A DNA stretch of 61,803 nucleotides, counting the filler, from Choristocarpus tenellus KU-1152 (taxonomy: Eukaryota; Protista; Phaeophyceae): the NCBI GenBank assembly GCA_964200185.2. It is 13 parts of 13 records of this genome, joined end to end, with 100 filler letters (N's around TTAATTAATTAA, not from the genome) between each part and the next. Parts side by side here need not be neighbours in the genome. Positions count along the whole stretch, not along the records: positions 13,472 to 17,947 come from CAXNAD020014383.1; positions 18,048 to 21,706 come from CAXNAD020018672.1; positions 21,807 to 24,698 come from CAXNAD020023871.1; positions 24,799 to 27,900 come from CAXNAD020022312.1; 9 more parts are not named here. One strand, given 5' to 3'. Below are positions 14,123-26,887 of this stretch, piece after piece. The position numbers and the translations under genes are program-made. Each line of letters opens with the position of its first letter. Position 1 is the first letter of the stretch. Under the pieces are notes generated by a model. The model searched no databases. It saw nothing but the letters and a program-made list of their open reading frames with translations, and had not been told where the DNA came from.

Positions 14123-16765
14123 CTGGAATGCCCCGCAGCATTCCTTTGCCCTCCCTGAGGCTACTGCTGAGTGTGGTATTGTCACACAAGGTCTGCACAA
14201 TGGCTTGTCGCTGTGAGATGTTACCAACATCAACGAGTGGATGCTGAAGCCACCTGGCAAAACAGCATTTGAAGGTTAAGGTATTCAGCAAAAACACCAG
14301 AGGCATGCACACAAGTAACAAATAAAGCACACATCATGCAACCGCTCAAGTGCATATAAACAGTGAGTGGTATATTGGCTGCAAGAATTGCACCAAGGAG
14401 GGGCGGATTCAATTTATGGGTAAGGAGGTTTGAAGCAAATACAACCCTGTCAGGAAGGTGATACTTACCTCTTGAGCATCCTGGACCCCATGGTTGTATA
14501 TGTCTGGTCAAGGATGGAGAACAGGCTGTGACCTCTCCCGCCTTCACCATTCTCAACTCCACCAGATACACCGTAGCCAAGTGAAGTGGGCAGCTGGAAA
14601 CGATTTGTAGCAGGAAAAACGCACATGGCCTTGGAAGCTGCAGCATCATACTGCATGTATCGTTGCAGCTGATCTGAATTCACCAGGGGTAACACCAAGA
14701 AACGTGATGTTATTTTGAAGCAAAAGACAGAACAACTTACGTGTCAACAGCACAACTTACATGTCAACAGCACAACTTACATGTCAACAGCACAACTTGA
14801 AATAGGTTTCGCACAGCTGGCAAATTAGCCTTACACCAGTGTACTCCAAGGCTGTGCAAACAAGCAGCCAGACAAATTTGTAAAAAGATAAAAGAACAAT
14901 ATTCCATAACATAGCAACCTCCCACCTATAGCAAGTGTGAAGGTGTGATGATAGGTGTCTCCAAGGAGGTCCAGATGCTGCACCAGACAGTTAAAGGCCG
15001 ACAGTGCTAGCGGCATGTCCCGGGCTGCAGATTCATCCACTCTTCTGTTCTGGGGTTGAGAATTCCGCTGTCCACGTCCCACATCTCCAGTGAGGGCAAT
15101 GAGTTTCTGGTCAAGACAAAAGGTTTGAGATTACAAAGAAGCAGATTTAATTTTACTAAATTTCAAAAGCATGGCAGGTCGATCTGAGGCAGCAGGTGTT
15201 TGCCTGTCAGGATAAAGGTGCTGTAAGAGGATCATGGGAACAATGTGAGGGGTGAACTTGGAACTTGATACACAAGCAACAATTGTTTCCATAGGGAGAA
15301 CAATGTTAAGCTCTTACGATCCACCTTGTGCACGTGATTTGCAATACTAATCTGCAAAAATATAGGTAACAAATCTCTTAACGCACTCAAGTCTGAGAGG
15401 ACAGATATCAATGAAAAAAGGGAGACAAAATCAAAAACTCAAATGCTTCACCTTCACAGCCTCATCCATGCCTCCTTTAAAAGCATCCCTATTCTTGCCA
15501 GTACAGAGGACCTCACAGCGTGCCATTACATCCTTCAACACTGTGAGGCATGGCCCTTTGTCTTCAAACAAGCATTCTCTCGCACCAATCTGCAAAAACA
15601 TTTCAGTTTAAGTAGTATCAAGTGGATAGATATACCAGATATACCGGCACACAAGTCAGCATGAAATTCATGCTAGTACCATCAAACAGCGAGGAAGACC
15701 CAAGTCAGTCACTCACTTTACAACATAACAACAGTGTTTTCTTTTGATGTAGAGTAGAGCCTTTCATGTTGAACCACAATCACGGAAGAGTGTTAAACGC
15801 ACGAACTAAACCTAACCTGCAGCACAGCCCCCTCCAAGTCCTTGAGCTCTGCAGTGTCCTGAAACTGTAGAAGGCCTAATACTTGGAACGAGGTATTAGC
15901 GTAAGCCACACCTACTCCACCACCAGCGGTTACGTGTGCCACCATCATCACAGCAGTTCCACCTGTAGCAGCGAGGGCATCGACCTGCCAGTCTTCATCT
16001 CCACCACCTGAGACGAGTCACAAACCACCTCAATTAGAAAGAGAAAGAAAACCCCTATCCAAAGGACTCGAGGAAAGACAGGCATAGCGTACAATCTACC
16101 GTGCAATTTGTAATGGCACCTGGTCCAGTGAGGTCGGTCAGTAATGCTGCAACGTTGCCAGGTGAGGCACGATGGCGCAGCTTCCAGCGACAGGTTGACC
16201 CAGTCTCCTGCTCCCAGACTTCGATTCGCAAGTTGCGATCAAGCAAGATGGGCACCAAGGAGGAGAACATCTTCACACTGTGGGGTGAGGTCACAAGTCG
16301 ACAAGACTAGGAGTCACCAGGAATGTTTTGGGAATGCCGCAAGGCAAGAGTTATACCCTTACAAACCTGAGTGTGAGGCTGGGAATACCACTGTGGATCT
16401 GTACCACGGACGTCGTCCTGAATGCCTCTTCGGCAATGAGTGTCGTGTCATCACCATGACATGTGTAGTAAATCCACTCCTTGCTGCGACGAAAGAAGCG
16501 TACAAGACCAGGGGTTTTCTGGGTGCAACACGTATTTGGAGGTCGTAGAGGAGATCAAAACATGTGAGGGTGATGGCTGCTCAAGAAGAGTCAATACGTC
16601 AGGGAAAGGTGCGCTATCTTGCAGGCGATAAAGTACAGAGAATGGGCGAGCATGTATTGGTCATTGAATTCCTTGATGAGTGGAAGATTTCCCTGATTGT
16701 CCGAAGACTCCAAATACCTCTAAATTACGAAAAAATGTAGCGAAGTTGCTGCTGACAGGCTCCAT
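14123..16765 (-). CDS. MSH2: DNA mismatch repair protein MutS homolog 2, 5' part (exons 1-8)
   Basis: Exons 16765-16718, 16518-16367, 16277-16120, 16007-15817, 15589-15452, 15106-14926, 14673-14469 and 14253-14123, all GT-AG and in phase. MSH2 hallmarks: FATFFRNLEK..VRFF, YYTCHGDD..IAEEAFRT, RIEVW...ASPGN, LEGAVLQIGARECL, YMQYDAAA..A, SLFSILD...TMGSRMLKRWLQHPL. The ATPase domain lies beyond the contig. Confidence 0.93.
14733..14798. repeat. Intronic 20-bp minisatellite (CAACTTACATGTCAACAGCA) x3.3
   Basis: Directly visible tandem copies in MSH2 intron 6. Confidence 0.9.
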
Positions 16766-17133
16766 CCTCTCAGACAATAATATAACGAGAATATACGTTG
16801 GGGATAAGAACCTTTGATCTGAACCTGAACTAGATCTGTCCTACCACTTATTGAAGAGATTACATCTTATTTGAACAGAATCGAAAAAGGGTGTACCTCT
16901 AAACTGGGTTCAATGGTTGTAATCACATCAAAACGTTTGTCATTTTTTCTATTATGAACCTCGATAATATGGGAAAAGGACCCAAAATCTCCAGAAGTCA
17001 TGGTCATAAACCCTTGGTTAAGACCAAGACATTGAAAGGAGCATAGTCTACACTGGAGAGCATGGTTGGGCGGGGCCCGTCAAACAGGAAAATCCCTCGC
17101 CGTGATTACCCGCTGGAAGAAGAGGCGAGCCAG

Positions 17134-17590
17134 TGTGACAAGGAAGTGAGAATACACAAGACAGGAAGAAGATGGAACAGAAGTCGCACCAGCGAAGGAA
17201 AGAGAAAGAAGCGAGGTTGATTAAACCGGGATCAGGGATATGGAAGCCGCCCTTCATTGCAGTTCCTTTTGAGAGAGGCAGGGGTGTTGTTGAATCACCA
17301 CACCAACCTGGAGAATATATAAAAGTTTGGAGGGTGCTAAGAATATTCAGAACAGAAACATAGAAGCTGTGAAGAGGAAGTTTGGTGGTTAGATACACAT
17401 ATATAGGACATGGGGCGAGGACCAAGGTAGCAGAAAGACTCGAGGGCAAGTCGCCGAGCTTTTCCTGGTCAACCCTTTGTTTCCCAGTGTCCCTCCTCCT
17501 CCATAGGATTGCATGCTACAGCTTATATCCTGTGCGCTTGGGAATAACTGGACCACAGCGTGAAGATGCCACCATGCCCTCATTGCAACA
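17134..17590. mobile_element. Candidate LTR (about 457 bp)
   Basis: TGTGACA...TGCAACA termini and an internal TATATAAAAG. The left flank is purine-rich GGAAGAAGAGGCGAG (PPT-like on +, TGG-starting PBS-like on -). No TSD and no second copy in the window. Confidence 0.3.
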
Positions 17591-17947
17591 CCTCTGAAGG
17601 GGTAAGTGAGGGCGCATTTAGAATTTTTGTCCCACCCAAGCAAAACCTGTACTGTGTTGTCTCCCGTGGAAATACCTCCTCTGTCCTAATAACCCTCCCT
17701 TGGACCTTGTTGTCACTCAAGATTTCTCTAACTGGTTTCTGCCTGATCTGTTGCAGGCGAATAGCACGAGCATTTCTTCTCATGTTTTAGCAAACACGAA
17801 CATTTGTGACAGGCGAATAGTGCGAGCATTGTTTCTCGCGTTCTAACAAGTGCGAACAATATATGAGATTAGTAGCACATAAATAATGATTTCTTAGAAG
17901 ATGCAGAGTAAGATTCGTAATGCATACGTAACATTACAGAAGAAAAC

Positions 17948-18047
17948 NNNNNNNNNNNNNNNNNNNNNNNNNNNNNNNNNNNNNNNNNNNNTTAATTAAT
18001 TAANNNNNNNNNNNNNNNNNNNNNNNNNNNNNNNNNNNNNNNNNNNN
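17948..18047. other. Artificial contig spacer
   Basis: 44 N + TTAATTAATTAA + 44 N. Confidence 0.97.
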
Positions 18048-18427
18048 CTTGCGACTCACTCCCTCTTGCTGACCCCCCCTCCCCCCCCTTTCACCACCTG
18101 TCTGTTGTCACTATGTTACTGTTTCTGTAACTGTATGTAACTGTGTGTAACCGTATCCTACTCCCCTGTGTGGTGTTGTTGTTGTGAAGGTTTTTAGAGT
18201 CCACCTTCTCGTACATTTTTGGTGACGGTGATCCCAACAAGGATCTTGCACAGAGAAGGATGCAAGCGGCATCAGAGGTGCAATATGACATGATATGACA
18301 TGATTTGACAAGATGTGACACATACCATCTATCGATCAATTGGTCGATCTAGGGATCCATCCATCCATCCATCCATCTACAACTATCCATGCTCCCCCCT
18401 TCCAATCGTTGTAGCTAATATATATTG

Positions 18428-18650
18428 CTATTCTTCTTCTTATTATTATTATTATCATTGTTGTTATTCCTGTTACTATTATTATTATTCTTATTATCAT
18501 TGTTGTTATTCCTGTTACTATTATTATTATTATTATTATCATTGTTATTCCTGTTACTATTATTATTATTATTATTATCATTGTTGTTATTCCTGTTACT
18601 ATTATTATTATTATTATCATTGTTGTTATTCCTGTTACTATTATTATTAT
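18428..18650. repeat. Compound AT-rich minisatellite, about 36-39 bp unit ((TAT)n CATTGTTGTTATTCCTGTTAC) x5
   Basis: Directly visible; explains the poly-N/I/L/Y ORFs in the track. Confidence 0.95.
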
Positions 18651-19784
18651 TCATATTTTTATTGTGGCGATTACGATGATAAACATCGTAATTATTATGT
18701 CTCTTTTCATTAATAAAAATACAATTTTACATACTGATAATAGAGTTGTCTTCAGGGTTCGACTCCTCCGGCTCTTGCTGCCCAGAGCATACGAGGGTAA
18801 CCTAAAAGTACCCTGGAGTTTGTATGGATTTGTTGAAAAATACCCAGGAGTTTGTACGAATTTGTTTAAAAGTACTCTGGAGTTTGTATGGAGGTGTGTT
18901 GGATTATGTTTTACTTGTACTGTACTATGAGGTGTTGAAACAGTGACAAACGCCAAGGTTTGATATATATATATTGATATATGGTACATTGGTAGATTGA
19001 TATATATTGATATTTGATACATTGGTAGATTGATAACCCGTTTATGTGGCACTTACTACTAGTTTGTACCAAGGCACCTATTGAAGACATGTAATAAAAA
19101 AAAGTCTAAAATATTATTTTTTTAACCTAAAAAATGTACGTTTATTTTAGTGCTGTGTGGTATTTTTCTTCTTTTTGAGAGCAATGTTGTTACTCTTTGT
19201 AACTGAAAAAATAGTTCATTAACTTAAAACACTCAAGTATTGCTTCAAAGAAATTGTAATAACGTACTATTGCTACTTGTACAAAAAGTATTACAACATA
19301 GCATATGCCTTTTTCTTATAGCGACCTGTACAAGGATCTCAAAAAGTTAAAAACACCGGCTTCCATCAGTGTACTGTTGTGTACTTCATAAAATGTTTTT
19401 CAAAAGGTTCATCTGTATGTCTGTCTGGGGGGAGGGGGGAAAAATGTTATTTTTATAATATATATATATATATTTTTAGTCTAAACTGTAGAGTATCAGA
19501 TAGTTAAAATGTTCTAGCAAAGTGGAGTTGCATCTTCTGTGGAGGGGTGCCTGGTGATGGATTGGATCTTGTTGCAGAGTGAATGGTACCTAAGCTGATA
19601 GAAATTTTTATGAACTTTCTAGTTTCAAAAAAATCTGAGGGCCTTTGTTCGGTGGTCGCAGAGAGCCCTGTGGCTTTGTTGGTTTGCTTTTGTGCTCTAT
19701 GAATCAAATCGTCTTGACTTCTGGTCACCTACCTACCTTTTGAGAGACCAGTCTGGTTTCAGTTTGCTGCTTGGTATCTGCGGG

Positions 19785-19806
19785 CTAACCCTAACCCTAA
19801 CCCTAA
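19785..19806 (-). repeat. Interstitial telomeric repeat (TTAGGG)3+
   Basis: CTAACCCTAACCCTAACCCTAA. Confidence 0.85.
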
Positions 19807-20264
19807 TATGAAATGTATCAGATGTATGACTAATGACTAATGAACGACTACTATATGACTGTTGTGAAAAAGTTAAGGCTCAGGTCTAACTAATATGAGG
19901 TAGAGCTATCCTAGATGGGTTGGGCTTTGGTCATTTTGTTGTTGAGGAGATGTAAGCGCTATGCCTGATACCCCCTCTTTGTCATCACTCATACAAAGGT
20001 ACCCTCCATCAGGAGTCACTACCACTGTGGATATACAAGTATGTTATTGAGAAACCACAGTACGGATGTATGTTATTGGGTTGGAGGATGTAGGGAGATA
20101 AACATTATACAAGTCAGGAAACAGTCATGGAGACCTCTTGACAACACAATGGCAGTCCCCTTGGAGTTACATATTGACTTGGCAGAGTCAGTATGACGTA
20201 CATTCTTGACAATTTAAGGTATACCTTACATATATATAGCCTTGTACAATGCATTCCTTATGTA

Positions 20265-20530
20265 CCTCCTTGCCAACCAAATGTGAGCCTTGTTTGTGTC
20301 CCTGGATTGGTAACATGCTTATATAAGTTAAACCTGATATATCTTCCCTCCTTATTTATATGTCCCTCAATTGGTGACATGCTCACAAAAGGTACACCTT
20401 CAATCCCTTCCTGCCGACCAAAAGTGAGCCTTATTTACGCCCCTCAATTGGTAACATGCTCATATAAGGTACGCCTTTAGATGCCTTCCTCCCGACCAAG
20501 CACGAGCCCTATTCACGTCCCCGGATTAGA
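20265..20530. repeat. Diverged tandem repeat, about 79-bp unit, 3-4 copies
   Basis: Recurrent CC(G/A)ACCAA..GAGCCTT..CCCTCAATTGGTAACATGCTCATATAAGG. Confidence 0.75.
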
Positions 20531-20947
20531 AAAGAAAAAGTCACTCTATGTAAAAAGATTTTTATTAAAAAAATTATTGTGCCGTACAATGTACCTTGGA
20601 AAAGTTACTTGGATGAAGTAAGACCTTCGCACTTGTTTGTGATCGGGTACGATTCTGTAACTGTAAGAAGAACAGGCACCTCTGCCTTTCCCATGGTGTA
20701 TACATATACAAACATACATATATATATATATATATGTATGTATATATATTTTTCTTTCTTTCTTCTAAGTGTTGTGCTTTGAACCATAGTAATAGTGAAA
20801 TCACTCCTTGGGGTTTTTGGGAGTTTTTCACCGCCAACGTGGGACGACAGGGACTCAGACGTAATTAATGATTCAAGCCTTAAAACAGGGCAAACGGTGT
20901 GTTCTGAATTGTATTATTTAGGTAGGCGTGTTCCCGTGAAGCTGGTG

Positions 20948-21133
20948 TAGGGTTAGGGCTAGGGTTAGGGTTAGGTGGGTTCGGGCAGACGAGACTCTCT
21001 CTTTGTATGAAGGGGAGTGGGAAGACTCCTCTGGGAGAGGGTTAGGGTAGGGTTAGGGTTAGGTAAGGGGGGATTGGGCAGACGAGACTCTCTATTTTGA
21101 CGAAGGGGAGTGTGAAGACCCCTCCGGGAGAGG
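20948..21133. repeat. Tandem 93-bp dimer, each unit headed by TTAGGG repeats
   Basis: GGGCAGACGAGACTCTCT...GAAGGGGAGTG.GAAGAC...GGGAGAGG at 20983 and 21076, each preceded by 3-4 telomeric units. Confidence 0.85.
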
Positions 21134-21583
21134 TGTGTGCTAAGGAAGTAGTCATGCTGGGGTTAGGGCGAGGGCGAGATCATTTGTGTGAAGTTAGAAG
21201 TGAGGCAAGGGGGGTGAAGTGGAAGGGCTGCTCCAGTGTCCCGGAGTTGGTCCTGGTGGAGATAGTGCCGTGATGATGTCATGATGATGTCATGATGTGG
21301 AACTGAGAGGGCCATCGGCGTGTAACATTCAACTTTTGTGAAGGAGGAACTGGCTCTGGGGCATAGTTTGTATTGGGAACATGCTGTGAAGGTGTACCTT
21401 TTTTTGGTGGAGGCGATGATCGTACTCCGCTGATTTGAGTTCATTTTGTCGTAGAACAAACATATCACATTAGTTTTTTTTAAGAGCAATTATGGTAATA
21501 ATAATAATATTATGGTATAGTCTTGCAGCGTATCTCTGATTAGTGTATTTTATATTTTTGTAACCATCAAATAGTTCCACTTA

Positions 21584-21615
<32 letters not shown>

Positions 21616-21706
21616 GTTGATTTTAAAAAATCATTGTTATTATGTAAATGACTTACCTGTCTCTTATCCAAGTGTACCCTGGCCTATCCCCCATGCTCCC
21701 CCCCCC

Positions 21707-21806
21707 NNNNNNNNNNNNNNNNNNNNNNNNNNNNNNNNNNNNNNNNNNNNTTAATTAATTAANNNNNNNNNNNNNNNNNNNNNNNNNNNNNNNNNNNNNN
21801 NNNNNN
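21707..21806. other. Artificial contig spacer
   Basis: 44 N + TTAATTAATTAA + 44 N. Confidence 0.97.
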
Positions 21807-21846
<40 letters not shown>

Positions 21847-22208
21847 GGGGGGGGCGGGGGGTGAAGAGGTGATAGACAGCATACACGAAGTCATTCATCA
21901 TGCTTCTGGGAGGCTTTTGTCGCCTTCTACTTGTCTGTGAAAAAGGTTGTGAGGAGGGGGTTCTGTGCATGAGTAAATAGTCACGCCATCTGTTATCTTT
22001 GTTGGAGCGACTCGGAATGTGGGAGTTCCTATTGCCCTGTGAAGGCATTACCTTCCTCTGTTTTGTTTTTTTGTTTTTGTCCCTTTTTTTCTTTTTCTTA
22101 GCATAGGTTGCGTATGTAGATTGTGGAATTAGACTACATTAGTACTACATTAGTAACGCCCATGGTGTTTACGTTTTTGTGGGGTGTGCACGTGTAGATC
22201 TTCCACAG

Positions 22209-22412
22209 GATGGGCCTCACAGACCAGGACATAGTGGCACTCAGTGGGGCTCACACGGTGGGCAGGGCCTATGCAAACCGCAGTGGGATGGGCAAGGAGA
22301 TGACCAAGTTTACAGCTGGAGCAGGCATTTGCCCCCATGGGAGTGGAAAGACGGGCTGCGGAAGGGAGGGCGGCAGCTCTTGGACTGAAAACTGGCTAGT
22401 TTTTGATAACAG
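22209..22412 (+). CDS. APX: Class I heme peroxidase (plastid-type ascorbate peroxidase), internal exon
   Basis: CAG/GT-bounded exon [35 protein letters not shown]...[14 protein letters not shown]. It has the proximal His motif VALSGAHT(L/V)GR, the SWT..WL.FDN motif and the RSG.GK..TK(F/Y)T loop of chloroplastic APX. Confidence 0.88.
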
Positions 22413-22560
22413 GTTTGTGTTTGAGGCAGTGTGTCGATGTAGAATGTGTTTGTTGGGGGATGGGAAAGGTACTCAAGTACTCGATAGCTGGGCAGCACCC
22501 CGCAGAAACGTTAGAATGTTGCGTTGGTTGTGTGTGACTTATTTTGGATATATATTATTT

Positions 22561-22589
22561 GGGTTAGGGTTAGGGTTAGGGTTAGGGTT
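22561..22589 (+). repeat. Interstitial telomeric repeat (TTAGGG)4
   Basis: GGG(TTAGGG)4TT within the APX intron. Confidence 0.9.
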
Positions 22590-23513
22590 TCCAGGTGTGG
22601 CTGAAACAGGCAGGTGGGATTTGGATGGGGATTTTTTGCAGCTGTGCTGTATTTGGAGGGTGTGGCAGACAATTGCTTGCATTTGGTGACTTTTTGGTAA
22701 ATTGTTTTCGGGGGTGCCTACTGAGTTGTAATTGAGTTGTAATTGTGTTGGTCGGTTGTAGCTGGTGTAGTTCTGTGGTATGGCTCAGTGGCTGGTAGTA
22801 GGCGTCTTTCTTGAGCGTGGATTTTATACTGTTTTTGTTTTATGAGGGTGAAAGTTGTTCTTTCCAAAGATCGTTCTTGTTTGCATCACTTATGTCAGGG
22901 TAAAGGGTGTTTTTGGAGTAAGTTCATGGCATTGTACTGAACTTCTACTTGCAATTGACTGGATTATGAAAATATCGTGGGTGATTTATGGTGGTGGTGG
23001 TGGTGGTGGTGGTATATACCTGTATTTTGCACTTGGTACATGCACCACTGTGGGCATGGCTCAAAGATCAAGCGACTGGTTTTGCGTATGATTATTGTAA
23101 TGATACATACATGTGTGTGTGTATATAATACACATACATATAATATTTGAATGGGTTATGTGAGGTGTGATGCCTCTGTTGCTGGATGAAAAGTCATTAC
23201 TTTCCAACAAGGAAGGCCCCTCACGCCACTTCTTTTGGACAGTTGAAGAGTGGTGTGCTGAAGTGTCAAATTGCTGAAGTGTCAAATACCTTCATCAAAT
23301 ACCTTCATCATGTGTACCTTCATCATGTGTACAGTGACACTTTTCTCGAGCTCTATGTGACTGGATCTGATTCTGATTTTTTGATCTGACGGCGGGGAGG
23401 AAGCAGCCCTCAAAAATAAAAAAAGGGTTGGAACGTGTGATTTGTTTTTAGAGAGTTGGATTGTGGTTTGCGGCTGTTTTGGGTGGAACAAAAATGTGAT
23501 CATGCATCTTCCC

Positions 23514-23539
23514 TTAGGGTTAGGGTTAGGGTTAGGGTT
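23514..23539 (+). repeat. Interstitial telomeric repeat (TTAGGG)4
   Basis: Four perfect units. Confidence 0.9.
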
Positions 23540-24546
23540 TAGAAATGGCAGTGAAATTAATGTGCTTTAAGTATATGCCTGGATTCCTAGGTCATCTGAA
23601 AGTGCTGAATTTGTATGTTAAAGCAACAAGTCAACTATTGCAACCATACATTTCGTTGAGAGGTGCCTCCTCCCTTACGTCAAATCAAGAATCAGAATTT
23701 CAAATCAATCACATGTGGTCCAAGAAAAATGGTACTGTGTCTCTGTAATTTTTATTTTTTATTTTTTAATACGCTTCTGAACCGCTGGCAGGAAGTGGAA
23801 TAATTGTGAAGATTTGAAATATGCTGTTTTGTGTTGATAAGGACCCCTCTGTTCGTACAGATAGGAGTCTTGAATGATTGTCTTGACTGATTGAACTTGT
23901 CTTAGTAAGACAAGCTTGTCTTACTTTTTTTTCGAATAGTTTATTCTTTTTTGTAATGTGTATGTGAGGGAGGAATCAAGACAGATAAAAGGATACTATG
24001 TATGAGTTGTTTGCAGCATCTTGCTCGAATCTTCTTGACTGGCTCGAATATTTTCCGGTAGCAATCTCTTTGAAGTATTCCCCGGTTTCCCCAAGCGAAT
24101 CAGTGAACAGGATGTAACTGATATAATACCTTGTATTTTATGGAGCACTATCTATTGCCTTCCTCTGCCATGATTTTCAACCATGGGTAAAAAACCCCAC
24201 CGACCTTCAAACATTGTAGAAAATTATAAAAACTGATTTGTTTCCTCCCTATGATTCTATTGGACTGATTCTATTGAACTCGGGTCTACTTTTGCATTGC
24301 ATCGAATGACTGCATGATGAAATTAGGATGAAATTAGGAGCGTGAATATGCTGCGTTCTTTAAAAAAAGAAGTCATCTTTCATCTGAAGGTCTCTTTATA
24401 CACACACAGGGGGAAGAGTACCCCATAGAAACAAGCGATTGGGTTGGAACTCCCCACATATTGAGTATGAATTGGGTTCCTAGTTCCGCGACCAGTCTGG
24501 TATGAAGCACCCCTCCTCTTACACTTCTCCTATATATATGGTCACT

Positions 24547-24698
24547 GGGTCAAAGTATCTGGGGGGGGGGGTTGTGTGGAGGCATCTGTTTCTGTCAAAC
24601 AACTCTTTTTTTTGCTGACATTTCAAATCCGACATGTGCGACCAAATCACACAAAAAAAAGGAAAATCGAAAAAAGGATGAAAAACGGACGCCGACCC
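24547..24698. mobile_element. MITE family B (B2), truncated by contig end
   Basis: GGGTCAAAGTATCT + poly-G; interior is the reverse complement of 8367-8512. Confidence 0.75.
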
Positions 24699-24798
24699 NN
24701 NNNNNNNNNNNNNNNNNNNNNNNNNNNNNNNNNNNNNNNNNNTTAATTAATTAANNNNNNNNNNNNNNNNNNNNNNNNNNNNNNNNNNNNNNNNNNNN
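24699..24798. other. Artificial contig spacer
   Basis: 44 N + TTAATTAATTAA + 44 N. Confidence 0.97.
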
Positions 24799-26887
24799 CC
24801 CCCCCCTCCCCCTTCCCCCCCCCCCCTTTTTTCCTTTTCCCCAAATTTGCGGGCCCCCCCCCCCCCCCCCACACACACACACAAAGGTGCACCAAGTTAT
24901 GTATTTGGTGCTACAGTAGGAAGGCGTTTTAATGGCCCTTGTACAGTGCTAGACAATGTAGGTGGAATTGGTGGAGTTCTTTGTACCCTGGCTTGTTTTT
25001 GTGGGTGTCTGTGACCTTTGTATGAGGTGATCTAGGGGCCTCCTTAAGTGTTTTTTTGCTCTGACGACCTGACTGAAATACTCACTGAATGGATGCAATT
25101 TTGAGAATCAGGAATCGGGGTTTTCGTGACTTTTGGTTGGCATGGTGGTCCCTACAGAAAATAGGATTGTTTTTGGACAAGGATGGAATCTTTGCCTAAG
25201 AGTCTCCGTAGCAATAGGCATGGATTAACATATTCTCCAGATTGTGTTGCAAAAACGTATTTTCAATGTTGTGAGTATCGGTTTTCGTTCCACACATCCC
25301 ACCTTCAATGCAAACCCCGCAAAACCAGTGCACTCATTTTCTCTTCTAATCGTACCATAGTCTATAAACATCAAATTATTTTTATTCATTATCATTCGAA
25401 AGTCTGTATAAAAGATACAAACTTGAACAATAAAAAAGAAGGTAAGAACTGCAGTATTTTTTAATATTCTATTCTTATAGACCGTGCTTATGGGGTCGAT
25501 CTGGTGGGGGTGGTGGGGGTGGGGGTGGAGCATGTGTTCCAAAATACCAAACCTCTCTTGTCCCTTTGGTTGTATCAAAAATTGGTACAGTCATTGTCAT
25601 GGCAGGGCTAACCCCCATGCCAGTTCCAACAAGAGTCAATTCTCATGCCTGCCCTGAACTCAGTCTTCCACCCTTTCTATCCTGTCCAACATATAAGGAT
25701 GACCCCCCCCCCCCCCCCCCCCCCCGCGCTGTTTTGTGTTGATTGTGGGTTGTGTGGTGTGTTGGGGTTTGGGGTGGGGGGGATGTTGATGTCCGAGCTT
25801 NNNNNNNNNNCCCCACCCCATTCCTCCACCCTTTTAATCCTTTCCAACTGTTAAAGCTCCCCCCCCCCCCCCCCCGCCCCCGTTGGATTGTTGTTGACTA
25901 CTTGGCGGTTGTTGCTCTGTTTGGGGTTAGGGGCGGAATGGCATTTCACTGACTACCTTGGCTGGGTCACATGGCATGATGGCTGGGATGGAGAACGAAT
26001 TTCGAGAGAGATTTAAGAAGGCCATGCAGGTGTTGAGAAATCCCCGGGGTGTTTTTATAGTGGTTATTTTGTTGTGTAGGGTGTACCCTGAAAAGGGTCA
26101 CTGTTTTAGTGGTATGGATATGAAGTGGTGTTGTGTGATGGAGGGGGGGGGGGTGCTTTGTGTGAATTGTTATGTGAATTGTTATGGATGCTCTCCTGTT
26201 GGCTGTTGTGATGTCTCCATGTTAAAAGTGCTCTGTAGTCTTTTTGGTTGACTGTTTTTGTAACTGTGATGTTGTTTGAGCTAATGCTACATGTATCTGT
26301 ATTTTTTAATTCGAAATTTGAGATTAAAAAAATCAATGTGTAGGAACGTTATAAGAATCTTCAGCGATCGTGGAAATTTCTAATGTTTATTTTATTTTGA
26401 TAGTTGTATATTAAGTGCTGTGTAAGTGTAGTGTATATGCACTTGTGTAGAGGTAGTGTTTGGCACTTGGATTCTGGGTACCAAGTGAAGTATGTAATGA
26501 AGAGATGGATTGGTACAGTGGGATTGGAAGAGACTTGTGTTGATTGAACATGACAAGGAGATGTGTATGTGTTTGTATGCGTGTATTATATACTATACTA
26601 GCCCAACTCGATTGCGGTCTTCGTGTTCCGACCTTGCTTTATTTCCATGACAGGTCTATACAAAACGCCTCATTTTCTCGTCTAAATGTTTGCTTTGAAG
26701 TATACAGTTTAACACGACACGAACGCACACGCATGATAGGTCTCTACAAAACCCTTCATGGTACTTCTTATTTCATTGAAAGAGATCTTTTCACAACTTC
26801 AAACACACACGCCTTACATGTATATATGTGTGTGTGTATGTATGTATGTATGTATATGTACCTCTTTGGTTGTTGTTGGCATTGCAG

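Noticed and set aside
14733-14798. Short repeats as a CRISPR array
   Set aside because: They are head-to-tail with no spacers and lie in a eukaryotic intron; no cas genes are present.
18315-18713. Cys/Tyr-rich, poly-Asn, poly-Ile and poly-Leu ORFs
   Set aside because: They are translations of a trinucleotide-based minisatellite open in several frames, with no splice or coding evidence.
18750-18770. GGTTCGACTCC B-box suggesting a tRNA or SINE
   Set aside because: No A-box or cloverleaf stems are identifiable; the same holds for GGTTCGAACC near 59239.
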